Of a stretch of 64,000 bases of DNA, positions 1 through 8,276 are shown piece by piece. The notes beneath the pieces were generated by a model, which was given only the letters and a program-made list of their open reading frames with translations, searched no databases and was not told where the DNA came from. Position 1 is the first letter of the stretch. Each line of letters starts with the position of its first letter. A program made the position numbers and the translations under genes. This DNA comes from a virus (lineage: Duplodnaviria; Caudoviricetes), in the IMG/VR virus record IMGVR_UViG_3300014205_000206, positions 1-64,000 of that record; one strand, 5' to 3'.

Positions 1-1
1 G

Positions 2-163
2 GGGGTCAAGCTGCCGAAGGTGCGGGAGTTGGTGAAGCGAGCGAGAGACGCAGGCTACCATCTTCGCCCGTCGTTTCCGGAATGGTCCGAGTTGCTTCTA
101 CGAAACGCTGACGCAGCCGAAGCAGAACTCGACGCCCACGAAAAGGGCGAGGGGAGAGGGTGA
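2..163 (+). CDS. hypothetical protein, 5'-truncated
   Basis: Open frame from the window start to TGA 161-163 (...LDAHEKGEGRG*); not in the ORF track. Confidence 0.6.
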   Translation, partial: GVKLPKVRELVKRARDAGYHLRPSFPEWSELLLRNADAAEAELDAHEKGEGRG

Positions 164-164
164 G

Positions 165-380
165 ATGAGCGTTATGAGATTCGAGAAGGACATGGATGGA
201 TCTATGGAGCCGAGCAGCGACGGCCAATGGGTGCGGTGGGATGCTCACCGAGAGAAGCTCGCCCGCTACGATGAGGCGATCCGGTTGATCGAGAAGGCTC
301 ACCACATCCTTGGTGACTGCGTTGCCGGTGACGAGTTCGAGCGGTTTCTTGACGATGAGCCGAAGGAGGGGAGAGGGTGA
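165..380 (+). CDS. small hypothetical protein
   Basis: ATG follows a purine-rich RBS; tightly packed with neighbours. Confidence 0.7.
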   Translation: MSVMRFEKDMDGSMEPSSDGQWVRWDAHREKLARYDEAIRLIEKAHHILGDCVAGDEFERFLDDEPKEGRG

Positions 381-381
381 G

Positions 382-576
382 ATGAGCGAACTGGACAAGT
401 GGGCCGCAATCTGCAAAGAGTTCAACACCACGCTCGAAGCTCTTGATTACCTTGAAAGAAAAGGCTCCGTCCGCTGCGAACACAACTTCAAGGTGCAGCT
501 TTACGCATTCTTCGAGATCGACACGGCGCAGTTGGAACGTGAGCGTCGAGCATTGCTGGAGAGCTTGCAGCCATGA
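382..576 (+). CDS. small hypothetical protein (MSELDKW...)
   Basis: ATG 382 directly after the previous stop, with the same RBS junction as at 165. Confidence 0.7.
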   Translation: MSELDKWAAICKEFNTTLEALDYLERKGSVRCEHNFKVQLYAFFEIDTAQLERERRALLESLQP

Positions 577-1025
577 CCGCGAAGACGCTGGAGGAGGAGG
601 CGAGAGAGGCGGCAGAAGCCTACCGGAAAGACTCCATCACGAACGGGGACAACCCAGTGCTGGCCGGTTGCTATTCCGAGAGCTTCATGGACGGCTACCT
701 CGCCGCCGCCACCGCCCGCGACAAGGAGATTGAGAATCTCCGACACACACTGTCGCACCGCGACTCTGAGTTGTGGGCTATGACCGAAACTGCCAAGTCG
801 TTTGCTGGCAAGTCGAAAGAGCGCGCAGAGGAGATCGAGGAGTTGCGGGCGCGGGATGCCCTATGGAACGAGTACGTCACCCTTCTGGCGACGGAACTTC
901 AGGGGCTTGTCGGCTTGGCCGTAGCTCACGGCTGGCAAGGGAATCAGGCCAGCTTCGAGAAAGGTGTGCAACTTCGCGCTGCCCTCGGTATCGAGCCGAT
1001 CCCGCTGCCGGAGGGGGAGGGGTGA
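573..1025 (+). CDS. hypothetical coiled-coil protein
   Basis: ATGA overlap with upstream gene; 150-aa ORF. Confidence 0.7.
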   Translation: MTAKTLEEEAREAAEAYRKDSITNGDNPVLAGCYSESFMDGYLAAATARDKEIENLRHTLSHRDSELWAMTETAKSFAGKSKERAEEIEELRARDALWNEYVTLLATELQGLVGLAVAHGWQGNQASFEKGVQLRAALGIEPIPLPEGEG

Positions 1026-1321
1026 AGCGCCTATACACAGCCAACGATATACGGCTTTGGATGATGGCTCGCGGTTATCTAACCAACGAGCAGCACAAAG
1101 AATTCGGAAGACACCTTCCAACCTCGAATATGGGGCACTGCATGGGAGAACTTGCCGATGCGCTGGATGAAATTGAAGAGTTGCGCGTAAGGTTGAAAGC
1201 GATACCGGTTGAAGAAATCAAAAAGATGTATGGGCACTTTACAGATTGCGCCAATGACTATTGCAACGCAGACGAAAATGCCATTGACCAATGGATCACT
1301 CTCACGAAAGGAACAGAATGA
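1022..1321 (+). CDS. hypothetical protein
   Basis: GTGA overlap; GTG start after a G-rich RBS. Confidence 0.65.
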   Translation: MKRLYTANDIRLWMMARGYLTNEQHKEFGRHLPTSNMGHCMGELADALDEIEELRVRLKAIPVEEIKKMYGHFTDCANDYCNADENAIDQWITLTKGTE

Positions 1322-1623
1322 CATTCACAAAACTACTTAAAGAAGCGAGGAATTTGGTTCTCGGAACGAAGTATGAAGTCGATTTCGCAGATTACCCTCT
1401 GCCGCTTTACATGCGACAAAGCGCTGGTCTTCCGCCACCCAAGCCGCCACGGGTCAACCAGTGCTCGAAGTGCGAAGTGAAGTATTTCGAGCGAGTAAAG
1501 GGATCGTTCGTGACTGAAGACGGCATGTGTCACGCCTGCTCGACGGGAAAGCAGCGCGGTATTCCGGCGCGGCTGGCGCAAGTGACTCCGTTTCAGCGCC
1601 CACGAAAAGTAAAGCGTGGATAA
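1318..1623 (+). CDS. hypothetical protein with CxxC...CxxC zinc-finger-like motif
   Basis: ATGA overlap; CSKC and CHAC motifs. Confidence 0.6.
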   Translation: MTFTKLLKEARNLVLGTKYEVDFADYPLPLYMRQSAGLPPPKPPRVNQCSKCEVKYFERVKGSFVTEDGMCHACSTGKQRGIPARLAQVTPFQRPRKVKRG

Positions 1624-2207
1624 TGCTTTTTCTTGGAGATATACACGGAGAATACGAGCTCATCCCTAAAAACATGGGGACAGTCGTCCAGGTGGGCGAC
1701 CTTGGGATTGGGTTCGAAACGCCTCCAAAGTTCAACGACGATTTCCGCTTCATTCGCGGAAACCATGACAATCCAGAACTTTGCCGAGAGCATCCTAACT
1801 ACATTGGTGACTGGAAATTGGAAGGCAACGTATTGTATATTTCTGGAGCTTGGTCCATCGATAAAAGGCACAGAACGCCAGATGTCGATTGGTGGGTCGA
1901 CGAGGAACTCAACTTCATGCAGATGAATGGAGTTCTTTCGATTCCAGAAGAGGATGTTCATTTCGTTGTCGCTCACGATTGTCCAGCGTTCTTGTACAGA
2001 CATCTTGGAGTCGAAGGCGTCATCAAACAAAATACTCCGATGTTTTTGAACGAAGTAGTCAAGCGGTTCATGCCCAGAAAGTGGGTTTGCGGCCACCATC
2101 ACCAGTCGGCGCAGTTGAACGGGGTAGGCGGAATCGACTTCACGGTGCTAGGCATCGGAGAAGTGAAAAGGGTGAATTTCGACGACGAAAAGGAGAACGA
2201 ATGCTAG
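1623..2207 (+). CDS. calcineurin-like metallophosphoesterase
   Basis: GDIHG, QVGDLG, RGNHD, VAHD and CGHHH motifs; ATG 1623 overlaps the previous TAA. Confidence 0.9.
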   Translation: MLFLGDIHGEYELIPKNMGTVVQVGDLGIGFETPPKFNDDFRFIRGNHDNPELCREHPNYIGDWKLEGNVLYISGAWSIDKRHRTPDVDWWVDEELNFMQMNGVLSIPEEDVHFVVAHDCPAFLYRHLGVEGVIKQNTPMFLNEVVKRFMPRKWVCGHHHQSAQLNGVGGIDFTVLGIGEVKRVNFDDEKENEC

Positions 2208-3421
2208 TTCTAGGTGAGCACCAACCGAACACGCTGGCACAGATGGACGAGTACGCGAAGAAAGCGAAGCGAGCGGCTCTAATGGCAGATGGCCATTTAG
2301 GTTACATCGCTCCAGTTGGCAGCGTAGCGGCGTTCGATGAAGCCGTCAGCGTTGCAGGCGTCGGATTCGATATCGCGTGCGGGAACTGCGCGATTCGAAC
2401 GGACATCTCAGCGGAAGAGTTCGAAGATGATTGTGCATTAAGTCTGACAGAACTGGCAGACGAGATCCAAAACTCGATCTCATTCGGAATTGGTCGAAAA
2501 AACAGTTCTGACGACGCACCGGTCGATCACCCGCTGTTCGAAGATGACCGGTGGCTGCTCGTTCAGGATATCCATCGCGAAGCGCTTCGACGCAAAGCTC
2601 GCGAGCAGTTGGGTACGGTCGGAAGCGGCAACCACTATGTCGATGTCTTCGCTGGCCATGACGGATGGATCTGGGTAGGCGTTCACTTCGGTTCTCGCGG
2701 CTTTGGTCACGCAGTTGCCTCTGGCTTTTTGGCATTATCTGCTGGAGAGCAATGGGGTGCTCGCGTTTCGGAACACGACGCGCTGTTGAGCCTGCGGACG
2801 GGCATGGGGCGCGACTATTGGAATTTGATGGAGTTGTGTGGTGAGTATGCATACGCTGGTCGCGAGTGGGTAACGCGCAAGGTTGTGAAGTTGATGGGTG
2901 GTCAAGAGACGTACATGGTACACAACCACCACAACTTCGCATGGCGCGAAACTCACTTCGGTGAGAATCTGATCGTCGTTCGCAAGGGCGCGACGCCAGC
3001 ATGGCCGGGTCAGTACGGCTTCGTTGGTGGTTCGATGGGCGACGACGCCGTGATTCTGTGCGGAGCGTTGCCGGAATACGACAAAGAAGGCTACTGGTCT
3101 GAGCAGCAGGAAACGTCACTGTACTCCACCGTACACGGTGCTGGCCGTGTCATGTCGCGCACTCAAGCGGCTGGCAAGCGTAACCGCAAGACGGGAGAGC
3201 AAAAGACCGAAGGAATGGTCAAGCAGTCCGAGATGGACGAGTGGCTCCAGAAGAAGGGCGTCGTTCTCCGTGGCGGCGGTCTGGACGAGTCACCGCAGGC
3301 GTACCGGCGGCTGAGTGATGTGCTCAAGTCGCAGGGCGGCACCGTCAACGTTGTAACTACGCTCAAGCCGCTCATCGTTGTGATGGCGGGAGCGGATGTC
3401 CAAGATCCATATAAGGATTGA
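2201..3421 (+). CDS. rtcB: RtcB family 3'-phosphate/5'-OH RNA ligase
   Basis: GVGFDIACG, LGTVGSGNHY, HFGSRG, HNHHN, VRKGAT, STVHGAGR and DESPQAY motifs; ATG 2201 after an AGGAG RBS. Confidence 0.95.
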   Translation: MLVLGEHQPNTLAQMDEYAKKAKRAALMADGHLGYIAPVGSVAAFDEAVSVAGVGFDIACGNCAIRTDISAEEFEDDCALSLTELADEIQNSISFGIGRKNSSDDAPVDHPLFEDDRWLLVQDIHREALRRKAREQLGTVGSGNHYVDVFAGHDGWIWVGVHFGSRGFGHAVASGFLALSAGEQWGARVSEHDALLSLRTGMGRDYWNLMELCGEYAYAGREWVTRKVVKLMGGQETYMVHNHHNFAWRETHFGENLIVVRKGATPAWPGQYGFVGGSMGDDAVILCGALPEYDKEGYWSEQQETSLYSTVHGAGRVMSRTQAAGKRNRKTGEQKTEGMVKQSEMDEWLQKKGVVLRGGGLDESPQAYRRLSDVLKSQGGTVNVVTTLKPLIVVMAGADVQDPYKD

Positions 3422-3606
3422 TGATGCCACAACTCACCGTCAAGTTCCTTCCGGGAGACAAAATCCGAGTAGGAGACATCACTGGTCATGTCTCGTTGCT
3501 GTACGTTTCGTGGCCAAACAAGTGTAGGTACGAAATAACGTACTGGCACGAAGGGCGCAAAGTCGAAGTGATCTGCGACGAATACGAACTGAAAGGAGAA
3601 GCATGA
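3421..3606 (+). CDS. small hypothetical protein
   Basis: Fills the gap between rtcB and the prs-like gene with overlapping start/stop. Confidence 0.6.
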   Translation: MMPQLTVKFLPGDKIRVGDITGHVSLLYVSWPNKCRYEITYWHEGRKVEVICDEYELKGEA

Positions 3607-4472
3607 ATCCCATCATCGCGCACAAAGGCAAGATCATCGCACGGAACTTTATGACGCAGTACCCGTCCGGTGAACCGGCGTGGAAGCCGGGAATCGAAAT
3701 TCCGGAAGGCAGCGTCATTGGCTTCCAGTGGAACGGAAGTATCAACGACATCGTTGCTTTTTGCTCTTGGATGAGCACCGCAAGTCATACGCCGTTTGGA
3801 TGCACGGCGGTTATCCCGTTCCTGCCATGTTCGCGGCAGGACAAAGACGGGCCGGTTGAAGGCGATCAGTCCAGAGGGGCTGGGTTCATCCTTAACATGC
3901 TTCAGGAGTCGAACGTCGAAAAGGTTGTCTTGCTGGACAACCATTCGACGGCCATCTTGAAGTCTTACGGGAAGTTCATTGAGCACAGATCGCTAGCCAG
4001 CGTGTTGCTGCCTGATATGTTCGATCTTGTAGTCAGCCCTGATGCTGGAAGTCTAATCAGGGCGCACGAAGTAGCTGGATTGTACGGAGTTCCTGTTGTT
4101 TGCGCCTCCAAGACAAGGGAGCAGTCTTCAGGGAAGATAACTTCGTACAACCTGAATGCACTCCCGTCTGATGAACTACTGGAGATATTGGTAGTCGATG
4201 ACATTATTGATGGAGGGTACACGTTCAAGTTGCTCGGTGAGCGGCTAGAATCTATCTTTCCGAATGCTAACTTTACACTGACTTGTACGCATGGTGTGCT
4301 TAGTGGATATCCAAACATACCAGAATGCTTTAACTTGTATGACGAAGTGCTGATGACAAACAGTTGCTCGAACGCATCGCATATGGGTATGCGTTTTGGG
4401 TTTGGCGAAAGAGTAAGAATCATCGAAGTTGTTGAACGAATCACCATCGAAAGGAGCCTAGAGAATGCGTAA
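3603..4472 (+). CDS. prs: ribose-phosphate pyrophosphokinase-like protein (candidate Adps of NARP1)
   Basis: PFLPCSRQDK, LDNHS, VVSPDAG, VVDDIIDGGYT and THG motifs of the PRS fold. Confidence 0.88.
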   Translation: MNPIIAHKGKIIARNFMTQYPSGEPAWKPGIEIPEGSVIGFQWNGSINDIVAFCSWMSTASHTPFGCTAVIPFLPCSRQDKDGPVEGDQSRGAGFILNMLQESNVEKVVLLDNHSTAILKSYGKFIEHRSLASVLLPDMFDLVVSPDAGSLIRAHEVAGLYGVPVVCASKTREQSSGKITSYNLNALPSDELLEILVVDDIIDGGYTFKLLGERLESIFPNANFTLTCTHGVLSGYPNIPECFNLYDEVLMTNSCSNASHMGMRFGFGERVRIIEVVERITIERSLENA

Positions 4473-5934
4473 GAATGCGTTGACACTGATTGATGCTTAC
4501 AAGATCGGGCATGTTTGGCAGTATCCGGAAGGAACCACGAATGTCTACTCCAACTTGACGCCGAGAGGGTCGAGGGTAGCTGGAGCAAACGGGATAATCT
4601 TTTTCGGTCTTCAATACTTCCTCAAGGAGTATCTGACCGACGTTTGGGATGAAACGTTCTTCCATAGGTCGAAGACTAGGGTTGTGGACGAATACAGCAA
4701 GATGATTAAGGATTGCCTTGGCACGGAACCAATCGCGCTGGACCACATCGAAAATCTGCACGACTTGGGTTACCTCCCGCTGCGTTTCTGCGCCTTTCCT
4801 GAAGGTAGCTACGTCCCGTTGCGAGTTCCGGCCCTGACGGTAGAAAACACACACCCGGAGCACGCATGGCTCGTCAACTACATCGAAACGTTGATGAGCA
4901 ACATCCTGTGGAAGCCGTGTACGTCGGCAACCACAGCTCTGCACCTCCGCAGGATCATAGAAGCGGCTGCTTGGAGAACTGGCGGTAGCAAGGAGTTCAT
5001 CCCGTGGCAGGGTCACGACTTCTCGTTCCGAGGGATGTCTGGAACCGAGGACGCCGTGATGTCGGGCGCAGGACACCTGCTGTACTTCACGGGCACCGAC
5101 ACCATTCCGGCTATCGAGTTCCTTCGTGAGTATTACCATGCGACCGGACTCATTGGCGGAAGCGTTGCGGCCACGGAGCACTCGGTCATGTGCGCTGGAG
5201 GAAAGTTCAACGAGATCGGCACCATAAATCGGTTGCTGAGTCTGTACCCGAGCGGTGTGTTGTCGGTAGTCAGCGACACTTGGGATCTTTGGAAGGTGTT
5301 GACGGAGTATCTTCCGATGCTTCGGTCGAGGATTCTTGCTAGAAACGGGAAGCTGGTCATTCGTCCAGACAGCGGCGATCCGGTGAAGATCATCTGCGGT
5401 GATCCTGAAGCTACGGATGACCGAGCGAAGCGTGGTGTCGTGCAATTGCTGTGGGATACGTTCGGTGGAACGACAAAATTGACCGGATACAAGACGCTCG
5501 ATTCCCACATCGGAGCTATCTACGGAGACTCCATCAACAGGGAGCGCATGACGGAGATCCTTGAGCGGTTGCAGGCGAACGGATTCGCGTCGGACAACAT
5601 CGTTTTCGGCGTTGGGTCGTTCACCTACGAATACGTGACTCGAGATACATTCGGCTTCGCCATGAAGGCCACGTACACCGAAAACAAGGACTACGGAACT
5701 ATGTCGCTCTACAAGAGCCCGGTCACGGACGGAGGCGAGAAGTGGTCCGCTCGAGGCAGGTTGGCAGTATTGCTTGGTGACGGCGACCAGCCTGTGCTAG
5801 TTTGCGACGCCACACCGGAACAGGAAGCGGCGTCGCTGCTGACCCCTGTGTGGGAAGACGGTGAATTCATCAGGAGATCGACACTTGCAGAAATTCGAGC
5901 GCTGGCAGAAAAGTCGATTTGGCGGAACGGCTAA
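4465..5934 (+). CDS. nadV: nicotinamide phosphoribosyltransferase-like protein (candidate Namat of NARP1)
   Basis: DAYKIGH, HDFSFRG, ATEHSVM, SVVSDTWD, VIRPDSGDP, IYGDSI and FGVGS motifs. Confidence 0.95.
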   Translation: MRKNALTLIDAYKIGHVWQYPEGTTNVYSNLTPRGSRVAGANGIIFFGLQYFLKEYLTDVWDETFFHRSKTRVVDEYSKMIKDCLGTEPIALDHIENLHDLGYLPLRFCAFPEGSYVPLRVPALTVENTHPEHAWLVNYIETLMSNILWKPCTSATTALHLRRIIEAAAWRTGGSKEFIPWQGHDFSFRGMSGTEDAVMSGAGHLLYFTGTDTIPAIEFLREYYHATGLIGGSVAATEHSVMCAGGKFNEIGTINRLLSLYPSGVLSVVSDTWDLWKVLTEYLPMLRSRILARNGKLVIRPDSGDPVKIICGDPEATDDRAKRGVVQLLWDTFGGTTKLTGYKTLDSHIGAIYGDSINRERMTEILERLQANGFASDNIVFGVGSFTYEYVTRDTFGFAMKATYTENKDYGTMSLYKSPVTDGGEKWSARGRLAVLLGDGDQPVLVCDATPEQEAASLLTPVWEDGEFIRRSTLAEIRALAEKSIWRNG

Positions 5935-7192
5935 GAAGTTCAAGTTCGACTGGCCAAGCATCAGGAGCATCGCCACAAAGGGTGACCGAGAGATCAAGAT
6001 AGCCGCCGTAGCTTCGGCGGCTTTTCTCGGTTTCATCCTGATCTCACCGGCCAGTTGCTACATCGACTGGAAAGACACCCACAGGCGGGTGGACTACACG
6101 CGGTACGACGCCAAACTTCCCGATCCGATGGTTGGATTGGCGTTGTCTTCCTACAACCTTGAAGAGTATCTGAACGATACTTGGAACCGGTATGCAAGGG
6201 ACAAGATATCGGTGAAGTGGGTTGCCGCCGAATTCCACTATTTCATCGAGCGCAACGACTACAACGAACGGAAGCTATCGAACGAAGGCGGATCGGACTG
6301 GACGAGGCCGTACCTTGGAATCTTCGGAAAGTCCATTGATTCGGCAAAAGATAGGCTGTACTCGTTCGCCGGAAGCGTTGCGGCAATCACAAAGTCACGC
6401 AATCACATCGATGCGTCTTGGAGCCATTCCAGCCACGACAACACGCATGTAGAAGTTTACGAATGCGGAACTTCAAAAGCTCCGCAAACTTGTACGCGCA
6501 CCGTTTGTGACTCAACGGACCACAGCTTCAGTCTGAACAAAGCGGCATTGGTTTCATCGCTCGATGAAACGGTAGGCGCTTGGGGGTCGTTTCCTCAAGT
6601 GAAGAAGGAAAACGTAGGGCTTTTCTTCCGGTCGACGAAGAACAGAAAAGAGAAACCCGACGAAATCGACCCATGGCGGCAATCTCCGCTAGTTGACAAT
6701 TACGGTCATTTCCTATCTAATGTAGATTCTAGTCGGGACGGGGCAAAAGAACGCGCTACCGTGCCGATGGTAGCCAGTTTCGACGCTACGTATTCAACGA
6801 GAACGCCGTTTTGCGGACCACCAACTAGCTATCCGAAAGGATGGAAAGAAAAAGAAGCCGTCCTGTTTGTCCTTGACGACACGATTGCGAACTACAGCAA
6901 AGCGCGCTCGGCACTGACGAATTTGATGGCCGTATCGCAATCTTTACGGTCGTCCATCTCCGAAATTGAAAAAGGAAATGGGCACCAAGTTATGCGGGAT
7001 CTTGCTGATTTGGCGTGGGTTATCCACAATCAGAACGCTGGAGACAAGCACTATTCTTACCTCGTTGTGAAAATTCTTTTGTTTGGGGGTTGGATTTTAG
7101 TCGCCGTTGTGCTGTATAGTTTGCTCTCGGTATTTGCAGATCGGTATAGGCACGCTAGCTGGTTGAAGCGGTTCTATTCGAAGTATGACTAG
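5861..7192 (+). CDS. membrane protein with N- and C-terminal hydrophobic segments and a Cys-containing central domain
   Basis: 443-aa ORF; TM-like IAAVASAAFLGFILI and LVVKILLFGGWILVAVVLYSLL; start codon uncertain. Confidence 0.7.
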   Translation: MNSSGDRHLQKFERWQKSRFGGTAKKFKFDWPSIRSIATKGDREIKIAAVASAAFLGFILISPASCYIDWKDTHRRVDYTRYDAKLPDPMVGLALSSYNLEEYLNDTWNRYARDKISVKWVAAEFHYFIERNDYNERKLSNEGGSDWTRPYLGIFGKSIDSAKDRLYSFAGSVAAITKSRNHIDASWSHSSHDNTHVEVYECGTSKAPQTCTRTVCDSTDHSFSLNKAALVSSLDETVGAWGSFPQVKKENVGLFFRSTKNRKEKPDEIDPWRQSPLVDNYGHFLSNVDSSRDGAKERATVPMVASFDATYSTRTPFCGPPTSYPKGWKEKEAVLFVLDDTIANYSKARSALTNLMAVSQSLRSSISEIEKGNGHQVMRDLADLAWVIHNQNAGDKHYSYLVVKILLFGGWILVAVVLYSLLSVFADRYRHASWLKRFYSKYD

Positions 7193-7215
7193 GTTCTTTC
7201 ACAACTGAATGATTT

Positions 7216-7290
7216 ACGGGTGTAGCTCAATGGCAGAGTTCTCGGTTTGGGACCGAGATGTTGGCGGTTCGAGTCCGTCCACCCGTACCA
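7216..7290 (+). tRNA. tRNA-Pro(UGG)
   Basis: Cloverleaf; CTCGG-TTTGGGA-CCGAG; encoded CCA. Confidence 0.92.
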
Positions 7291-7449
7291 ATTTTACATA
7301 GGGCCACCGGAAGTTCCTTTCAATGGGGGCTTGATGACTCCATCTCGAAGATAGCGAGCGGGTTGGCCGGTCAACCGAGTACGTTTATCGCTATCGCCAT
7401 ACGTCGAAGCTTTGCCGAGCTGGCGGAACGAGATCCGCGCAGTGTGTAT

Positions 7450-7524
7450 GTTGGCGGTAGCTCAATGGTAGAGCCCCGGTCTGTGAAGCCGGTTACGCGG
7501 GATCGATACCCGTCCGCCACCCCA
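7450..7524 (+). tRNA. tRNA-His(GUG)
   Basis: G-1:C73; loop CTGTGAA; T-loop ATCGATA; CCA. Confidence 0.88.
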
Positions 7525-7525
7525 T

Positions 7526-7602
7526 GCGCCTATCGTCTAGCGGTCTAGGATGCTGGCTTTTCAAGCCATGCGGCGCCGGTTCGAATCCGGCTAGGTGTAC
7601 CA
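7526..7602 (+). tRNA. tRNA-Glu(UUC)
   Basis: Loop TTTTCAA; GCCGG-TTCGAAT-CCGGC; CCA. Confidence 0.88.
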
Positions 7603-7609
7603 TCGAATT

Positions 7610-7684
7610 GCGCCCATCTTCTAGCGGTTAGGATACTGCCCTCTCAAGGCGGTGACGCGGGTTCGAATCCCGCTAGGTGCTCCA
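7610..7684 (+). tRNA. tRNA-Glu(CUC)
   Basis: Loop CTCTCAA; cloverleaf; CCA. Confidence 0.88.
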
Positions 7685-7692
7685 AATTGCAT

Positions 7693-7794
7693 AGGCGGCT
7701 TCGGGGTGTGATGGATGCGCTAACATCCAGACCGAAGCAACGGATGAGGCCGTGGGGGCCGTTTACCCCGTAGCCGACCTCTCCGAAGCCGCCT
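7693..7794 (+). ncRNA. unassigned structured RNA in the tRNA array
   Basis: 14-bp terminal stem AGGCGGCTTCGGGG/CTCCGAAGCCGCCT enclosing two hairpins. Confidence 0.55.
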
Positions 7795-7803
7795 TTGTGC
7801 TGT

Positions 7804-7946
7804 GCTTTTGGTGTTGTACGAATCGAACGATGAAGGCGAATCTCGTCTAGCGGCAGGACACCGGCCCGTATTGGGAGTGGTCGGAAACGCTGGTTCGAAT
7901 CCAGCCGTTCGTTTAGTAGCCGTTCGATTCGTAAAGCATCAAAAGC
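7804..7946 (+). ncRNA. tRNA-like RNA on an extended stem (YrlA/Y-RNA-like)
   Basis: D, anticodon-like and T arms (GCTGG-TTCGAAT-CCAGC) with no CCA, enclosed by 12-bp and 13-bp helices. Confidence 0.65.
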
Positions 7947-7949
7947 TTT

Positions 7950-8026
7950 GTGGGGATAGCTCAGTCTGGTAGAGCTGCATGTTGAAGCCATGCGAGTCGG
8001 TGGTTCGAATCCATCTTCCCACACCA
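7950..8026 (+). tRNA. tRNA-Phe(GAA)
   Basis: GCATG-TTGAAGC-CATGC; CCA. Confidence 0.88.
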
Positions 8027-8033
8027 AACTTAC

Positions 8034-8109
8034 GCGAAAATAGCTCAACTGGTAGAGCGCCGTCCTTCCAAGTCGGGGGTTGGGGGTTCGACTCCCCTTT
8101 TTCGCTCCA
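8034..8109 (+). tRNA. tRNA-Gly(UCC)
   Basis: Loop CTTCCAA; U73; CCA. Confidence 0.9.
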
Positions 8110-8115
8110 AATTTC

Positions 8116-8189
8116 GAGTCGCAAAGCTAAGGCAGCGGTCCGGCCTCCAAAGCTGTGACGACAAGGTTCAATTCCTTGGCGGCTCGCCA
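8116..8189 (+). tRNA. tRNA-Trp(CCA)
   Basis: Loop CTCCAAA; G73; CCA; divergent D-arm. Confidence 0.8.
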
Positions 8190-8196
8190 TGATTTT

Positions 8197-8270
8197 CGCT
8201 GGTTGGTGTAAAGGTAACACGACAGCCTCATAAGCTGTAGTAGAGGGATCGATACCCTCACCAGCAACCA
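8197..8270 (+). tRNA. tRNA-Met(CAU), initiator-like
   Basis: C1/A72 mismatch; ACAGC-CTCATAA-GCTGT; CCA. Confidence 0.85.
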
Positions 8271-8276
8271 ATCTAT

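Noticed and set aside
4441-5510. Long antisense ORFs (e.g. 4441-5508, 2346-3119, 14584-15168, 49687-50436, 52350-53024)
   Set aside because: They are antisense shadows of well-supported, GC3-biased genes, with no recognisable motifs.
7296-7451. tmRNA (GGGGGC... start)
   Set aside because: No T-arm, no CCA acceptor end and no tag reading frame.
7738-7770. Hammerhead-like CGGATGA-GGCC...GGCC in the 7693-7794 element
   Set aside because: The core reads CGGAUGA, not CUGANGA, and stem II is followed by GUUUA instead of GAAA.
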